Below, in pieces: positions 10,496 to 17,990 of a stretch of DNA of 64,000 nucleotides (the first letter of the stretch is position 1; every line of letters begins with the position of its first letter). Below the pieces are notes generated by a model. It searched no databases. It had not been told where the DNA came from and worked only from the letters and a program-made list of their open reading frames with translations. The DNA is from an uncultured Verrucomicrobiota bacterium. GTDB lineage: Bacteria; Verrucomicrobiota; Verrucomicrobiia; Limisphaerales; UBA8199. Location of the stretch: contig OW818681.1 of assembly GCA_942493075.1 (NCBI GenBank), forward strand, positions 5,379,509 to 5,443,508. The letters are read 5' to 3'. The position numbers were made by a program, and so were the translations under genes.

Positions 10496-11758
10496 CTAAA
10501 GAAGCATGCCCGCAATTGCCGCCGTCGTGTAGGTCGCCAGCAACCCGCCAATCATCGCCCGAACACCAAGCCTGGCAAGCTCAGATCGACGCTCCCCGGC
10601 TAGCGAGCCGATTCCTCCAACCTGGATTGCTATGCTTGAGAAATTGGCAAAACCGCATAAAGCATACGTCGCGATGGTAAAGCTGCGCTCCGCTACCTGG
10701 AGGTCAGGGCTGGTCAAAGATAGGTATCCAATAAATTCGTTCAGCACGATTCGTTTGCCCAGAACCTGGCCTATGGCAACACAGTCTTGTGCCGGCACCC
10801 CCATCAACCAGGCGAACGGCGCATTGATCCAGCCCAGCAAAGCCTCCATCGTCACCGGTTGGGCGATTCCGAGCAACGCTTGCTGTGGCCAGCCTAACAG
10901 GAAATTGGCCATGGCCACGAGCGCCACAAACGCAATCAGCATTGCCATGACATTAATCGAAAGCATCATGCCTTCGCTTGCGCCGCGGCATAGAGCATCG
11001 ATGCTGTTGACCGCCACCCGTGGCGGATCTTTTGGCGTCACCCCTGCCGTCTCGCTGATCTCAGTTTCTGGCAGCATGATCTTGGAAATGAGCAGCGCTG
11101 CGGGGGCGTTCAACACGGAAGCCGTTAACAGGTGACCAGCGATATCCGGATGCCCGGCATCCGTGCCCATCTTGGCATATACCGCAGCCACCCCGCCGGC
11201 AATCGTAGCCATGCCCCCGACCATCATGCATTGCAGTTCGCTCCGGGTCATTCGAGGGATGTAAGGCTTAATCAGGAGTGGCGCTTCCGTTTGGCCCATG
11301 AAAATATTGGCAGCAGCGGACAGCGTTTCGCTCCCGCTGGTGCCCATGGCTTTGCGCATCACCCAGGCGATAGCCCTCACCACCTTTTGCAAAATCCCCC
11401 AGTGATAGAGCACGCTGGAGAGACACGAAACAATGATGATCGTGCCAGTGACCAGAATGGCAAACACCAGAGCCTTCCCCGGGAAAACACCTCCCATGGT
11501 CGCATCATCAGCCAAGGGACCGAACACGAACCTGGAACCTTCGTTTGAAAACCCGATCAGTTTGCGAATGGCGCTTCCGGCGAAATCGAATGCAGCAGCT
11601 CCCCATGGCGTTTTTAGGATCAGAACTGCGAAACCAAACTGAAGAGCCACGCCCCATACGACCGTTCGCCAGGGAAATCTCCGCCGATGCGTGGAAAGAG
11701 ACCACGCCACCCCGATGAACGCCAACAACCCCAGCAAGCTGATCAGCTTCAGATGCAC
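10496..11758 (-). CDS. nupC: NupC/NupG-family concentrative nucleoside transporter
   Basis: 420-aa polytopic membrane protein. The N-terminus 'LLGLLAFIGVAWSLS..RRRFPWRTVVWGVALQFGFAVLILKTPWG', 'IFMGQTEAPLLIKPY' and the C-terminus 'ALCGFANFSSIAIQVGGIG' are typical of the CNT family. Confidence 0.9.
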   Translation of the reverse strand: MHLKLISLLGLLAFIGVAWSLSTHRRRFPWRTVVWGVALQFGFAVLILKTPWGAAAFDFAGSAIRKLIGFSNEGSRFVFGPLADDATMGGVFPGKALVFAILVTGTIIIVSCLSSVLYHWGILQKVVRAIAWVMRKAMGTSGSETLSAAANIFMGQTEAPLLIKPYIPRMTRSELQCMMVGGMATIAGGVAAVYAKMGTDAGHPDIAGHLLTASVLNAPAALLISKIMLPETEISETAGVTPKDPPRVAVNSIDALCRGASEGMMLSINVMAMLIAFVALVAMANFLLGWPQQALLGIAQPVTMEALLGWINAPFAWLMGVPAQDCVAIGQVLGKRIVLNEFIGYLSLTSPDLQVAERSFTIATYALCGFANFSSIAIQVGGIGSLAGERRSELARLGVRAMIGGLLATYTTAAIAGMLL

Positions 11759-11874
11759 CGCCGCAACCTACCCAGTGCACACACCGGAGTCGAGACTGCG
11801 CTGAAGAAGAGAGCATTCGCTAAGGGGTGCAGAATTTAGATGACACTTTTCCCAAGGATTCTAAACTCAAACCT

Positions 11875-14037
11875 ATGTTTCCTTTCTTTCGCTTGCCTCA
11901 ACTGCGCCGCCTGTCCGCGCTCGTTTTGGCAGCTTTCATCTGGCATGTGCCACCTGCGGTTCAGGCAGAAAAAGTCACGGTGCTGGTTATCAGCACACAT
12001 CCAGATGACGAAGGCATTTTCTTCGGAGGCACACTGCCGTACTACACGCAGGTGTTGAAAGTGCCTGCCGTGCTGATGTCGATGACTAGCGGAGATTGGA
12101 CGCCGAGCAACTTGGCCGTGCGTGAGGCGGAACTGAAGTGCGCCGCACGCATGTATGGATTTAGCGGCGAGCCAATATTCGGACGCTTTCGCGATGTGCC
12201 ATCTCACACCATGGTGAACAATCCCTATACCAACGTTCTGGCGCAAGCCCCGTTCACAAATCGGATCGATGCCACATGGGACTACTGGGCGGATGGTGTG
12301 CTGCAGGGAGATGGCAGCGACGTGGAAGCCGGCAAGAGACGCGCGATCAATTTTGTGGCTGAGCAGATTCGGCGCTACCAACCGGATGTCATCATCACCC
12401 AGGATTACCTGGGTGAGTATGGGCACGACAATCACCGGGCGCTGGCCTGGGCTGTGACGAACGCCTTTTACGTTGCGGCTGATCCGAGTGCGACTGCTAC
12501 CAACCTGGCGGGGTTGCTTCCCTGGCAAGCCAGCAAATTGTATCTTCATCTCTGGCCCAGCAATCGGCTCTTTCACACGGCGACAGCTTATCGTTTTGCC
12601 GAATTGGGCAATCTTACCCCGACGGAAGTGGCTGACGCGGGGTTGGATTGTCATGTGTCGCAAAAACAGCCTGATGTGGCGAGCGTGTTCAAGACCGGGG
12701 AAAACTATGACGCATATCCATCGCAATGGTGGGGGCTCTACGCCAGCACAGTAGGACCTGATACAATCCTAACGACGAATGCGACGGAGAAACGTTTCGT
12801 AATTCCCGCCGGAGTGGCTAAGGGCAACTTCCTGGAGCATATCCTCTCGGCGCCTGCCACAAGCGCACCACCAATTTTTATCACAAACCAGATCGCTGGC
12901 CAGGGTGCGCTGTCGGCTCGACCGTACACCGGGCCTGATCTTTCGGAACTCGTCACCGATTTCGATCTCGCATGGAGTGAGACACTGACCTTCTCGAAAG
13001 TCACCGGCCCGATTTGGTTGCAGGTGGCTGACGGCGGGGCGATCTCCGGTCTGCCGGGCAGCGCCGATCTTGGAACTAACATCTTCACTGTGCGTGTGAC
13101 CGACCATGCAGGCTTGATGGCCGATGCAACGCTCCGAGTCGTGGTTTCGGAGCCGCTGGACGATGCGGCTGCACTCGTTGGTTGGTGGAAGCTGGATGAA
13201 TCTGAGGGAGCCAATGCGCTCGATTTTGCGCCACCCGGGCAGGACGGCGTGTGCTCATCTGGAGTGACGTTAAATCAGCCCGGAGCTGCTCCCTGGACGA
13301 GCACCTCAGCCCTTTTCTCCGGCACGACTAACGGGAAGATAGATGTCGCATGGTCTGCGGAACTGAATCCGCCGGTGTTCACCGTTGCGTGCTGGGCCAA
13401 AGTAACAGGAGGAGCCGGAAGCTACCGCTCGCCGGTATCCAGCCGCCGGGATGGTCCGCAGAGTGGCTATATGCTCTACGCGGGGAATGACAATCGATGG
13501 CAGTTTTGGACGGGCAAATCGAGCGGTTACAATCGAATGGCTGCAGGGCCCGTGGTAAATGGAGAGTGGACGCATTTGACGGGGACATTCGACGGGAAAG
13601 TGGCGCGGTTTTACACCAATGGTGTGCTCGCGGTCTCAAACTCCGTAACCTTCCGGGCGAATGACATGTTTCCGCTGAGAATTGGCGCGGGCAGCTCGGA
13701 GCTCGCAACCGGGCAATACTTCTTCCCGGGCAGCGTGGATGATGTGCGGGTGTACACTATTCCTCTCAGCGCAACGCGCGTCGCCGCTTTATGCTCGAAT
13801 GCGCCACCAGTCACACCTCTGATCACAGAACCTCCGTCGATCAAAGCAGGCATATTGAATCTGGGTGGCGTCGGGTTTCCGGGGGAAGAGTATGTGCTGC
13901 TCGTTAGCACCGATTTGGGAGGCAACTGGAGCCGAGTGGCTACGAACTTCTCAGGTGCTGCAGGGTCCTTCAGTTTTTCAATCCCAACCCCGGATGGAAG
14001 CGAACCTCGCTTCTTCACGATTAGTACCGCTCACTAG
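11875..14037 (+). CDS. secreted PIG-L/LmbE-family deacetylase fused to a He_PIG/cadherin-like Ig domain, a LamG (Laminin_G_3) domain and a C-terminal R[FY][FY]-type module
   Basis: Start moved to ATG 11875, giving the signal peptide 'MFPFFRLPQLRRLSALVLAAFIWHVPPAVQA'. PIG-L motifs are 'VLVISTHPDDEGIFFGG' and 'YGHDNHRAL'. The LamG domain shows 'LVGWWKLDES...FPGSVDDVRVY'. The tail is 'EEYVLLVSTDLGGNWSRV...PRFFTISTAH'. Confidence 0.8.
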   Translation: MFPFFRLPQLRRLSALVLAAFIWHVPPAVQAEKVTVLVISTHPDDEGIFFGGTLPYYTQVLKVPAVLMSMTSGDWTPSNLAVREAELKCAARMYGFSGEPIFGRFRDVPSHTMVNNPYTNVLAQAPFTNRIDATWDYWADGVLQGDGSDVEAGKRRAINFVAEQIRRYQPDVIITQDYLGEYGHDNHRALAWAVTNAFYVAADPSATATNLAGLLPWQASKLYLHLWPSNRLFHTATAYRFAELGNLTPTEVADAGLDCHVSQKQPDVASVFKTGENYDAYPSQWWGLYASTVGPDTILTTNATEKRFVIPAGVAKGNFLEHILSAPATSAPPIFITNQIAGQGALSARPYTGPDLSELVTDFDLAWSETLTFSKVTGPIWLQVADGGAISGLPGSADLGTNIFTVRVTDHAGLMADATLRVVVSEPLDDAAALVGWWKLDESEGANALDFAPPGQDGVCSSGVTLNQPGAAPWTSTSALFSGTTNGKIDVAWSAELNPPVFTVACWAKVTGGAGSYRSPVSSRRDGPQSGYMLYAGNDNRWQFWTGKSSGYNRMAAGPVVNGEWTHLTGTFDGKVARFYTNGVLAVSNSVTFRANDMFPLRIGAGSSELATGQYFFPGSVDDVRVYTIPLSATRVAALCSNAPPVTPLITEPPSIKAGILNLGGVGFPGEEYVLLVSTDLGGNWSRVATNFSGAAGSFSFSIPTPDGSEPRFFTISTAH

Positions 14038-14039
14038 CT

Positions 14040-15422
14040 CTATCGATTCGCCAGTGAAGCGGGGTCTTCCGCTGGTGTGCCGCTCAGACGCCGCCACATA
14101 AAGCCGTAGGCGGCTACAATCGCGAAACAGGCCAGGGGCACGATGAAGCTGCGCGACATGTCCGTGCGATCAGCCACATGTCCCATGAGCTTCGGCAGAA
14201 TCGCCCCACCCATGATCGCCATGACGATGTAGGAAGAAGCGCGTTTGGCGCGGGCACCCAAGCCTGAGATGCCGAGTGCGAAGATCGTCGGGAACATGAT
14301 TGACATGAAAAAGTAACTGGCGAAAACGCAGGCTACCGAGAACCACCCGAGCTTCAAGAACACCAGGCCGCAGGCCAGCACGTTCAAGACGCCGTATGTT
14401 CCCAATACCAGGTGAGGCGAGAAGAACCTGACGAAAAAAGCGCCACTGAATCGTCCGGCAAGGAAACATCCGAAACCCACCGAAGCGAGGGTTGCCGCGC
14501 CCGCGTTGCTGATGTGCAGTTCCCCGTTCCGCGTTTCCGTTAACGCAGCTACCCAGCCAGAATTCCAACCCTCCGGGATCGGCGGCACCTGGGATGTCAT
14601 GTAGTTAATAAAGAAGCTGAAAATGCCGGCCTGGGCAGCGACGTAGAAGAATTGAGCTACGACTGCCAGATAGAAGTGGGGATGTCCCCAGATGGAGCGC
14701 GGGGCCCCCGTAGGAGCCTGGTTGTCATCCATGTGGTATTCGTCTTTGGTTTTAATATCCGGCACAGGGGCAAATACGAAGATGATCGCCAGGATCACGA
14801 CGACCAATCCCACGGCTGCGTAGGGAATCCAAAGCATTTCGCTCCCTGTGCTTTGCCCGGCTGCATCTTTTCCATAGAAAAACCTGGCGCCGGCAATTGG
14901 TCCGAATATCCAGCCTATTCCGTTGCAGGATTGGGCCAGGTTAATACGGGTGGCGGCGTATTGGGGCGCGCCCAGAACGGTGGAGTAAGGGTTGGCGATG
15001 GTTTCCAGAAAGGTAAGCCCCGAGGCGATCACGCAAACTCCAAGCAGAAAGGCCCAGAATGCAGCGATCTTTGTGGCAGGAATGAACCAGAATCCGCCGA
15101 CGGCGACCATGAGGAGCCCGGCAATGATGCCGCCCTTGTAACCGAGCTTAGAGGCGAGCCACCCGGCGGGGAGAGCCATCAGGAAATAACCAAGGTAATG
15201 CGCGAATTGCACCCAGGCCGATTGCGCCAGCGTGAGGTGCAACTCCTCCTGAAAATGCTTGTCCATGACATCAATCATCCCGTTGCAGAATCCCCAAAGC
15301 AGGAACAGGGAACTGACCAGGATAAAAGTGAAGACCACGTTTCGCCCTTCAGGCAGCGTGAAGAGACGTGGACGTGAGGAGCCGGTGGTTTGCGGGGTCG
15401 AAGAAATCGCCGGATTGTTCAT
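14040..15422 (-). CDS. fucP: MFS sugar transporter, L-fucose:H+ symporter (FucP/GluP) family
   Basis: About 12 predicted TM segments. 'FILVSSLFLLWGFCNGMIDVMDKHFQEELHLTLAQSAWVQFAHYLGYFLMALPAGW' aligns with the FucP N-terminal signature region. 'FLETIANPY' and 'SIMFPTIFALGI' are also FucP-like. Confidence 0.85.
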   Translation of the reverse strand: MNNPAISSTPQTTGSSRPRLFTLPEGRNVVFTFILVSSLFLLWGFCNGMIDVMDKHFQEELHLTLAQSAWVQFAHYLGYFLMALPAGWLASKLGYKGGIIAGLLMVAVGGFWFIPATKIAAFWAFLLGVCVIASGLTFLETIANPYSTVLGAPQYAATRINLAQSCNGIGWIFGPIAGARFFYGKDAAGQSTGSEMLWIPYAAVGLVVVILAIIFVFAPVPDIKTKDEYHMDDNQAPTGAPRSIWGHPHFYLAVVAQFFYVAAQAGIFSFFINYMTSQVPPIPEGWNSGWVAALTETRNGELHISNAGAATLASVGFGCFLAGRFSGAFFVRFFSPHLVLGTYGVLNVLACGLVFLKLGWFSVACVFASYFFMSIMFPTIFALGISGLGARAKRASSYIVMAIMGGAILPKLMGHVADRTDMSRSFIVPLACFAIVAAYGFMWRRLSGTPAEDPASLANR

Positions 15423-15461
15423 GGATCTCCTCTAGAAGTGCGCAGTTTTCCCGGCCAGCGC

Positions 15462-15502
15462 AATGCAAAAAAACAAAAAGGGCAGCCTTTGGGGCTGCCC
15501 TT
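15462..15502 (-). terminator. rho-independent terminator after the Gfo/Idh/MocA gene
   Basis: 10-bp stem AAGGGCAGCC/GGCTGCCCTT (about 15478..15502). On the minus strand it is followed by a T-rich run (the complement of 'gcaaaaaaacaaaa'). Confidence 0.7.
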
Positions 15503-15521
15503 CCCAACTGATCACTTAGAA

Positions 15522-16712
15522 TCAGATCTTCTTCGGCATGGGGGTCCAACCGCCCTTCTTCTTGCTGCTCTTGACGCAAGTCTCGATGAAGGCGATGCCC
15601 ATCCAGCCGTCATCGACGGTGGCATATTTCGCGCCGGAGGTATCGAACTTCTTGCCATCTTTCCATTTCCGCACATCGACTTCGAAGCTGCGATGCAGGC
15701 GTGCGAACGCATCATGGAACGCCTCAGGATGGCCGGACGGAATTGTTGGCTCAGCCATCAGGTCGGCAGGGACGTCTTTGGGCAGGAAACCGTCGCCCGG
15801 GTTCACCGCACCGCGCCAGTAAACGCGATCAGGCTGGTTGTTCAGCAGGATGGTAACGGATTCCGGTTCTTCCTGACGCCAAACGAGTGTGCCCTTGGTG
15901 CCGGCGACCACGATACCGAGGTCGTTCTTGCGCCCGATGCAGATCTGGGAAGCGCGAACCAGGGCTTTGCCGCCGTTGTTCAATTTGCAGTAGATGGTGA
16001 AATGGTCGTCGAGCATGCGGCCTTCGACGAAGGTCTCAAGCTGGGCGCTGACCTGTTCAACTTCAAGCCCCGTAACGTAGCGCAGTTGCATGAGCGCGTG
16101 CGTGCCGATATCGCCGCCGCAGCCGGAGCCGCCGGCGCGCTTGGGATCAACCCGCCAAGAGGCCTGCTGCTGGCCTGTGGCTTCGATCTTGGAGGCCAGC
16201 CAGCCTTGATTGTAATAGCTGTCCACCCAGCGGATATCGCCCAGCAACCCGCTCTGCACGATGTACCGGCTGAAACGGGTAGTCCAATGGCCAAGGTAGG
16301 TGTGCGAAACGGCAAAGGGAACGCCCAGCTTGCGCGAGGTCTTTACCAGTTCATTCGCTTCCTTCAGATTCAAGCAAAGCGGTTTTTCGCAGAACACCGC
16401 GATCCCGGCTTTCATCGCCTTCATCGCCGGATCAAAATGGACGAAATTCGGAGTGACGATCAGGATGTAATCCAGCTTCTCCTCTTCGGGCAGGGAGGCG
16501 TTGGCATCGATCATCTCAGTATATGACGCGTAACCCTTGATTGGGAACGGCCAGTTGGCGGCTTCTTCCATAGCCACTTTAGGGTCTGGGAACAGCGCGC
16601 CTGCTACTACCCGGCGGGTGCCGTCGAAGTGAATCGCCTTTTGGTGCGGGTGCACGATAAACGCGCCTTTGCCGCCACCGACCAAACCGACATTTAGGGG
16701 TCTCTTGGACAT
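15522..16712 (-). CDS. Gfo/Idh/MocA-family NAD(P)-dependent oxidoreductase
   Basis: N-terminal Rossmann motif 'LNVGLVGGGKGAFIVHPHQKA', then 'ILIVTPNFVHFDPAMKAMKAGIAVFCEKPL' (the EKP motif typical of the family). Confidence 0.9.
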   Translation of the reverse strand: MSKRPLNVGLVGGGKGAFIVHPHQKAIHFDGTRRVVAGALFPDPKVAMEEAANWPFPIKGYASYTEMIDANASLPEEEKLDYILIVTPNFVHFDPAMKAMKAGIAVFCEKPLCLNLKEANELVKTSRKLGVPFAVSHTYLGHWTTRFSRYIVQSGLLGDIRWVDSYYNQGWLASKIEATGQQQASWRVDPKRAGGSGCGGDIGTHALMQLRYVTGLEVEQVSAQLETFVEGRMLDDHFTIYCKLNNGGKALVRASQICIGRKNDLGIVVAGTKGTLVWRQEEPESVTILLNNQPDRVYWRGAVNPGDGFLPKDVPADLMAEPTIPSGHPEAFHDAFARLHRSFEVDVRKWKDGKKFDTSGAKYATVDDGWMGIAFIETCVKSSKKKGGWTPMPKKI

Positions 16713-16780
16713 TGTGTTCTCCTGTATGACTGACTTTTTCTGGTTTTAGTTTCCGCGAACACGGCTGACTCGGCGGAAAC

Positions 16781-16796
16781 TCTGTAATAACGCAGA
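16781..16796. promoter_or_regulatory. candidate operator half of a repeated motif TCTGTAAT-N3-GCAGA
   Basis: Lies in the 320-nt divergent region between the Gfo/fucP operon and the PEP-CTERM LamG gene. A second copy is at 16952..16969. Confidence 0.3.
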
Positions 16797-16951
16797 ATAG
16801 GAAGCGCCCCCAACCATTTCAAGAGCAGATCGCATATCGACAGGATGAAGATGGGCCTGGCCGAAGTGAACGGTTCGCCCTTCGAAAACTCGCCACTTTC
16901 CTTTACCCACTTTTAACCGCGCGCGGTACCACCACCCCCTATTTAGGGTAT

Positions 16952-16969
16952 TCTGTAATCGTTTGCAGA
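16952..16969. promoter_or_regulatory. second copy of the motif, TCTGTAAT-N5-GCAGA, next to an AT-rich 'TATATAT' box
   Basis: Same 8-mer and 5-mer in the same orientation, about 170 nt from the first copy and about 65 nt upstream of ATG 17034. Confidence 0.3.
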
Positions 16970-17033
16970 CTGCTATATATCTCCTCATATCCATGTGTCC
17001 GCACCGGTATATCAGAAGAAACCGAACGCAATT

Positions 17034-17849
17034 ATGAACAACTCCTTTCTCATCATCACTGCTCTCGTCGCCGCAACGGTCGCACAGGCGGCCGACGTTC
17101 CCGCCGGAGTGACCGGCCTTTGGCGCTTTCAGGACAGTGCCAACAAGCTCAGTGCCACCTTGGGCTCGCCCCTTGTGTCCAGCCATGTCGATAACAGCGC
17201 CTGGATGGGTGGCCCAATCACCGTCATCAATCCGGGCCTCACCGATAGCGGAGTTGTCCAGGAACGCACCTCTGATTTTCTCACGGTGAACCCAAACTTC
17301 ACGGCGAACGGCGGTGGTGAGGGTATCTACGTAAACGAATACACGGTCGCCATCGATTATGTTCAAACCAGCGGTGCCACTACCTGGAACAGCCTTTTCC
17401 AAACCGCTGCTACGGGCACTGCCAACGACGGCGACCTCTGGACGGATGGTGCCGGCCATATCGGGGTAGGAGATGTCGGCTACTCCACCCTGACTTACGA
17501 CGCCTCATCCTGGCATCGCATCGTCTGGTCAGTGGATAACGGCAGCTTTTTCCGAGTTTACGTGGACGGCACTCTGTATTTGGACGGTGCTGGCCAAGCG
17601 GTGGATGGCCGATTCGCTCTGTATACGGACACATTCCACCTATTTGCTGATAATGACGGGGAAGATCAATGGGGTTTGGTCGGAACCGTCGCCACCTGGG
17701 ACCGTGCGCTGACTACTGACGAGGTCTCCGGCATGGGCGGCTGGATCGGCGGGTCCCCCACACCCACGGCGTTAACTATCCCCGAACCTAGTGTGTTAAG
17801 TCTTCTGGGGCTTGGCGCTCTGTCACTGCTTCTCCGCAGGCGGAGCTAA
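17034..17849 (+). CDS. PEP-CTERM sorting-domain protein with a LamG/concanavalin-like domain
   Basis: Start moved to ATG 17034, giving the signal peptide 'MNNSFLIITALVAATVAQA'. The C-terminus 'PEPSVLSLLGLGALSLLLRRRS' is a PEP motif, a TM helix and a basic tail. 'WHRIVWSVDNGSFFRVYVDGTLY' is LamG-like. Confidence 0.8.
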   Translation: MNNSFLIITALVAATVAQAADVPAGVTGLWRFQDSANKLSATLGSPLVSSHVDNSAWMGGPITVINPGLTDSGVVQERTSDFLTVNPNFTANGGGEGIYVNEYTVAIDYVQTSGATTWNSLFQTAATGTANDGDLWTDGAGHIGVGDVGYSTLTYDASSWHRIVWSVDNGSFFRVYVDGTLYLDGAGQAVDGRFALYTDTFHLFADNDGEDQWGLVGTVATWDRALTTDEVSGMGGWIGGSPTPTALTIPEPSVLSLLGLGALSLLLRRRS

Positions 17850-17892
17850 ATTCTGTTTCTTATCGGTTTGGGCTCGCAAGATCTGAGCTAAA

Positions 17893-17926
17893 GGGCGCCG
17901 GGGACACAATCCCCGGCGCCCTTTTC
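17893..17926 (+). terminator. rho-independent terminator after the PEP-CTERM gene
   Basis: 12-bp stem GGGCGCCGGGGA/TCCCCGGCGCCC with loop CACAA, followed by TTTTC. Confidence 0.8.
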
Positions 17927-17990
17927 ATACATTTTTTCGTCTCACGCGTTCGTAAATTTGCGCAAAGCGTTCAAACCGCTTGAACTCACT

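Noticed and set aside
10470-10496. 'GGGGCGCAACGGATTCGACAATCC' on the plus strand resembles the conserved 5' end of tmRNA (GGGG...GGATTCGAC).
   Set aside because: A ~350-nt tmRNA from here would run antisense through the well-supported C-terminus of nupC. It also overlaps the rfaE2 start. No matching 3' tRNA-like acceptor/T-arm was seen. It is most likely a coincidence.
15390-16526. A 378-aa plus-strand ORF lies opposite the Gfo/Idh/MocA gene. Comparable antisense ORFs are 11836..12726, 36230..36907, 37743..38393, 39219..39956 and 60463..61140.
   Set aside because: In each case the opposite strand carries a motif-supported gene, and the antisense translation is Arg/Gly/His-rich with no motifs.
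16746-17459. A 237-aa minus-strand ORF spanning the intergenic region and the 5' half of the PEP-CTERM gene.
   Set aside because: It has no motifs. It conflicts with a plus-strand gene that has a clear signal peptide, a LamG domain and a PEP-CTERM tail.
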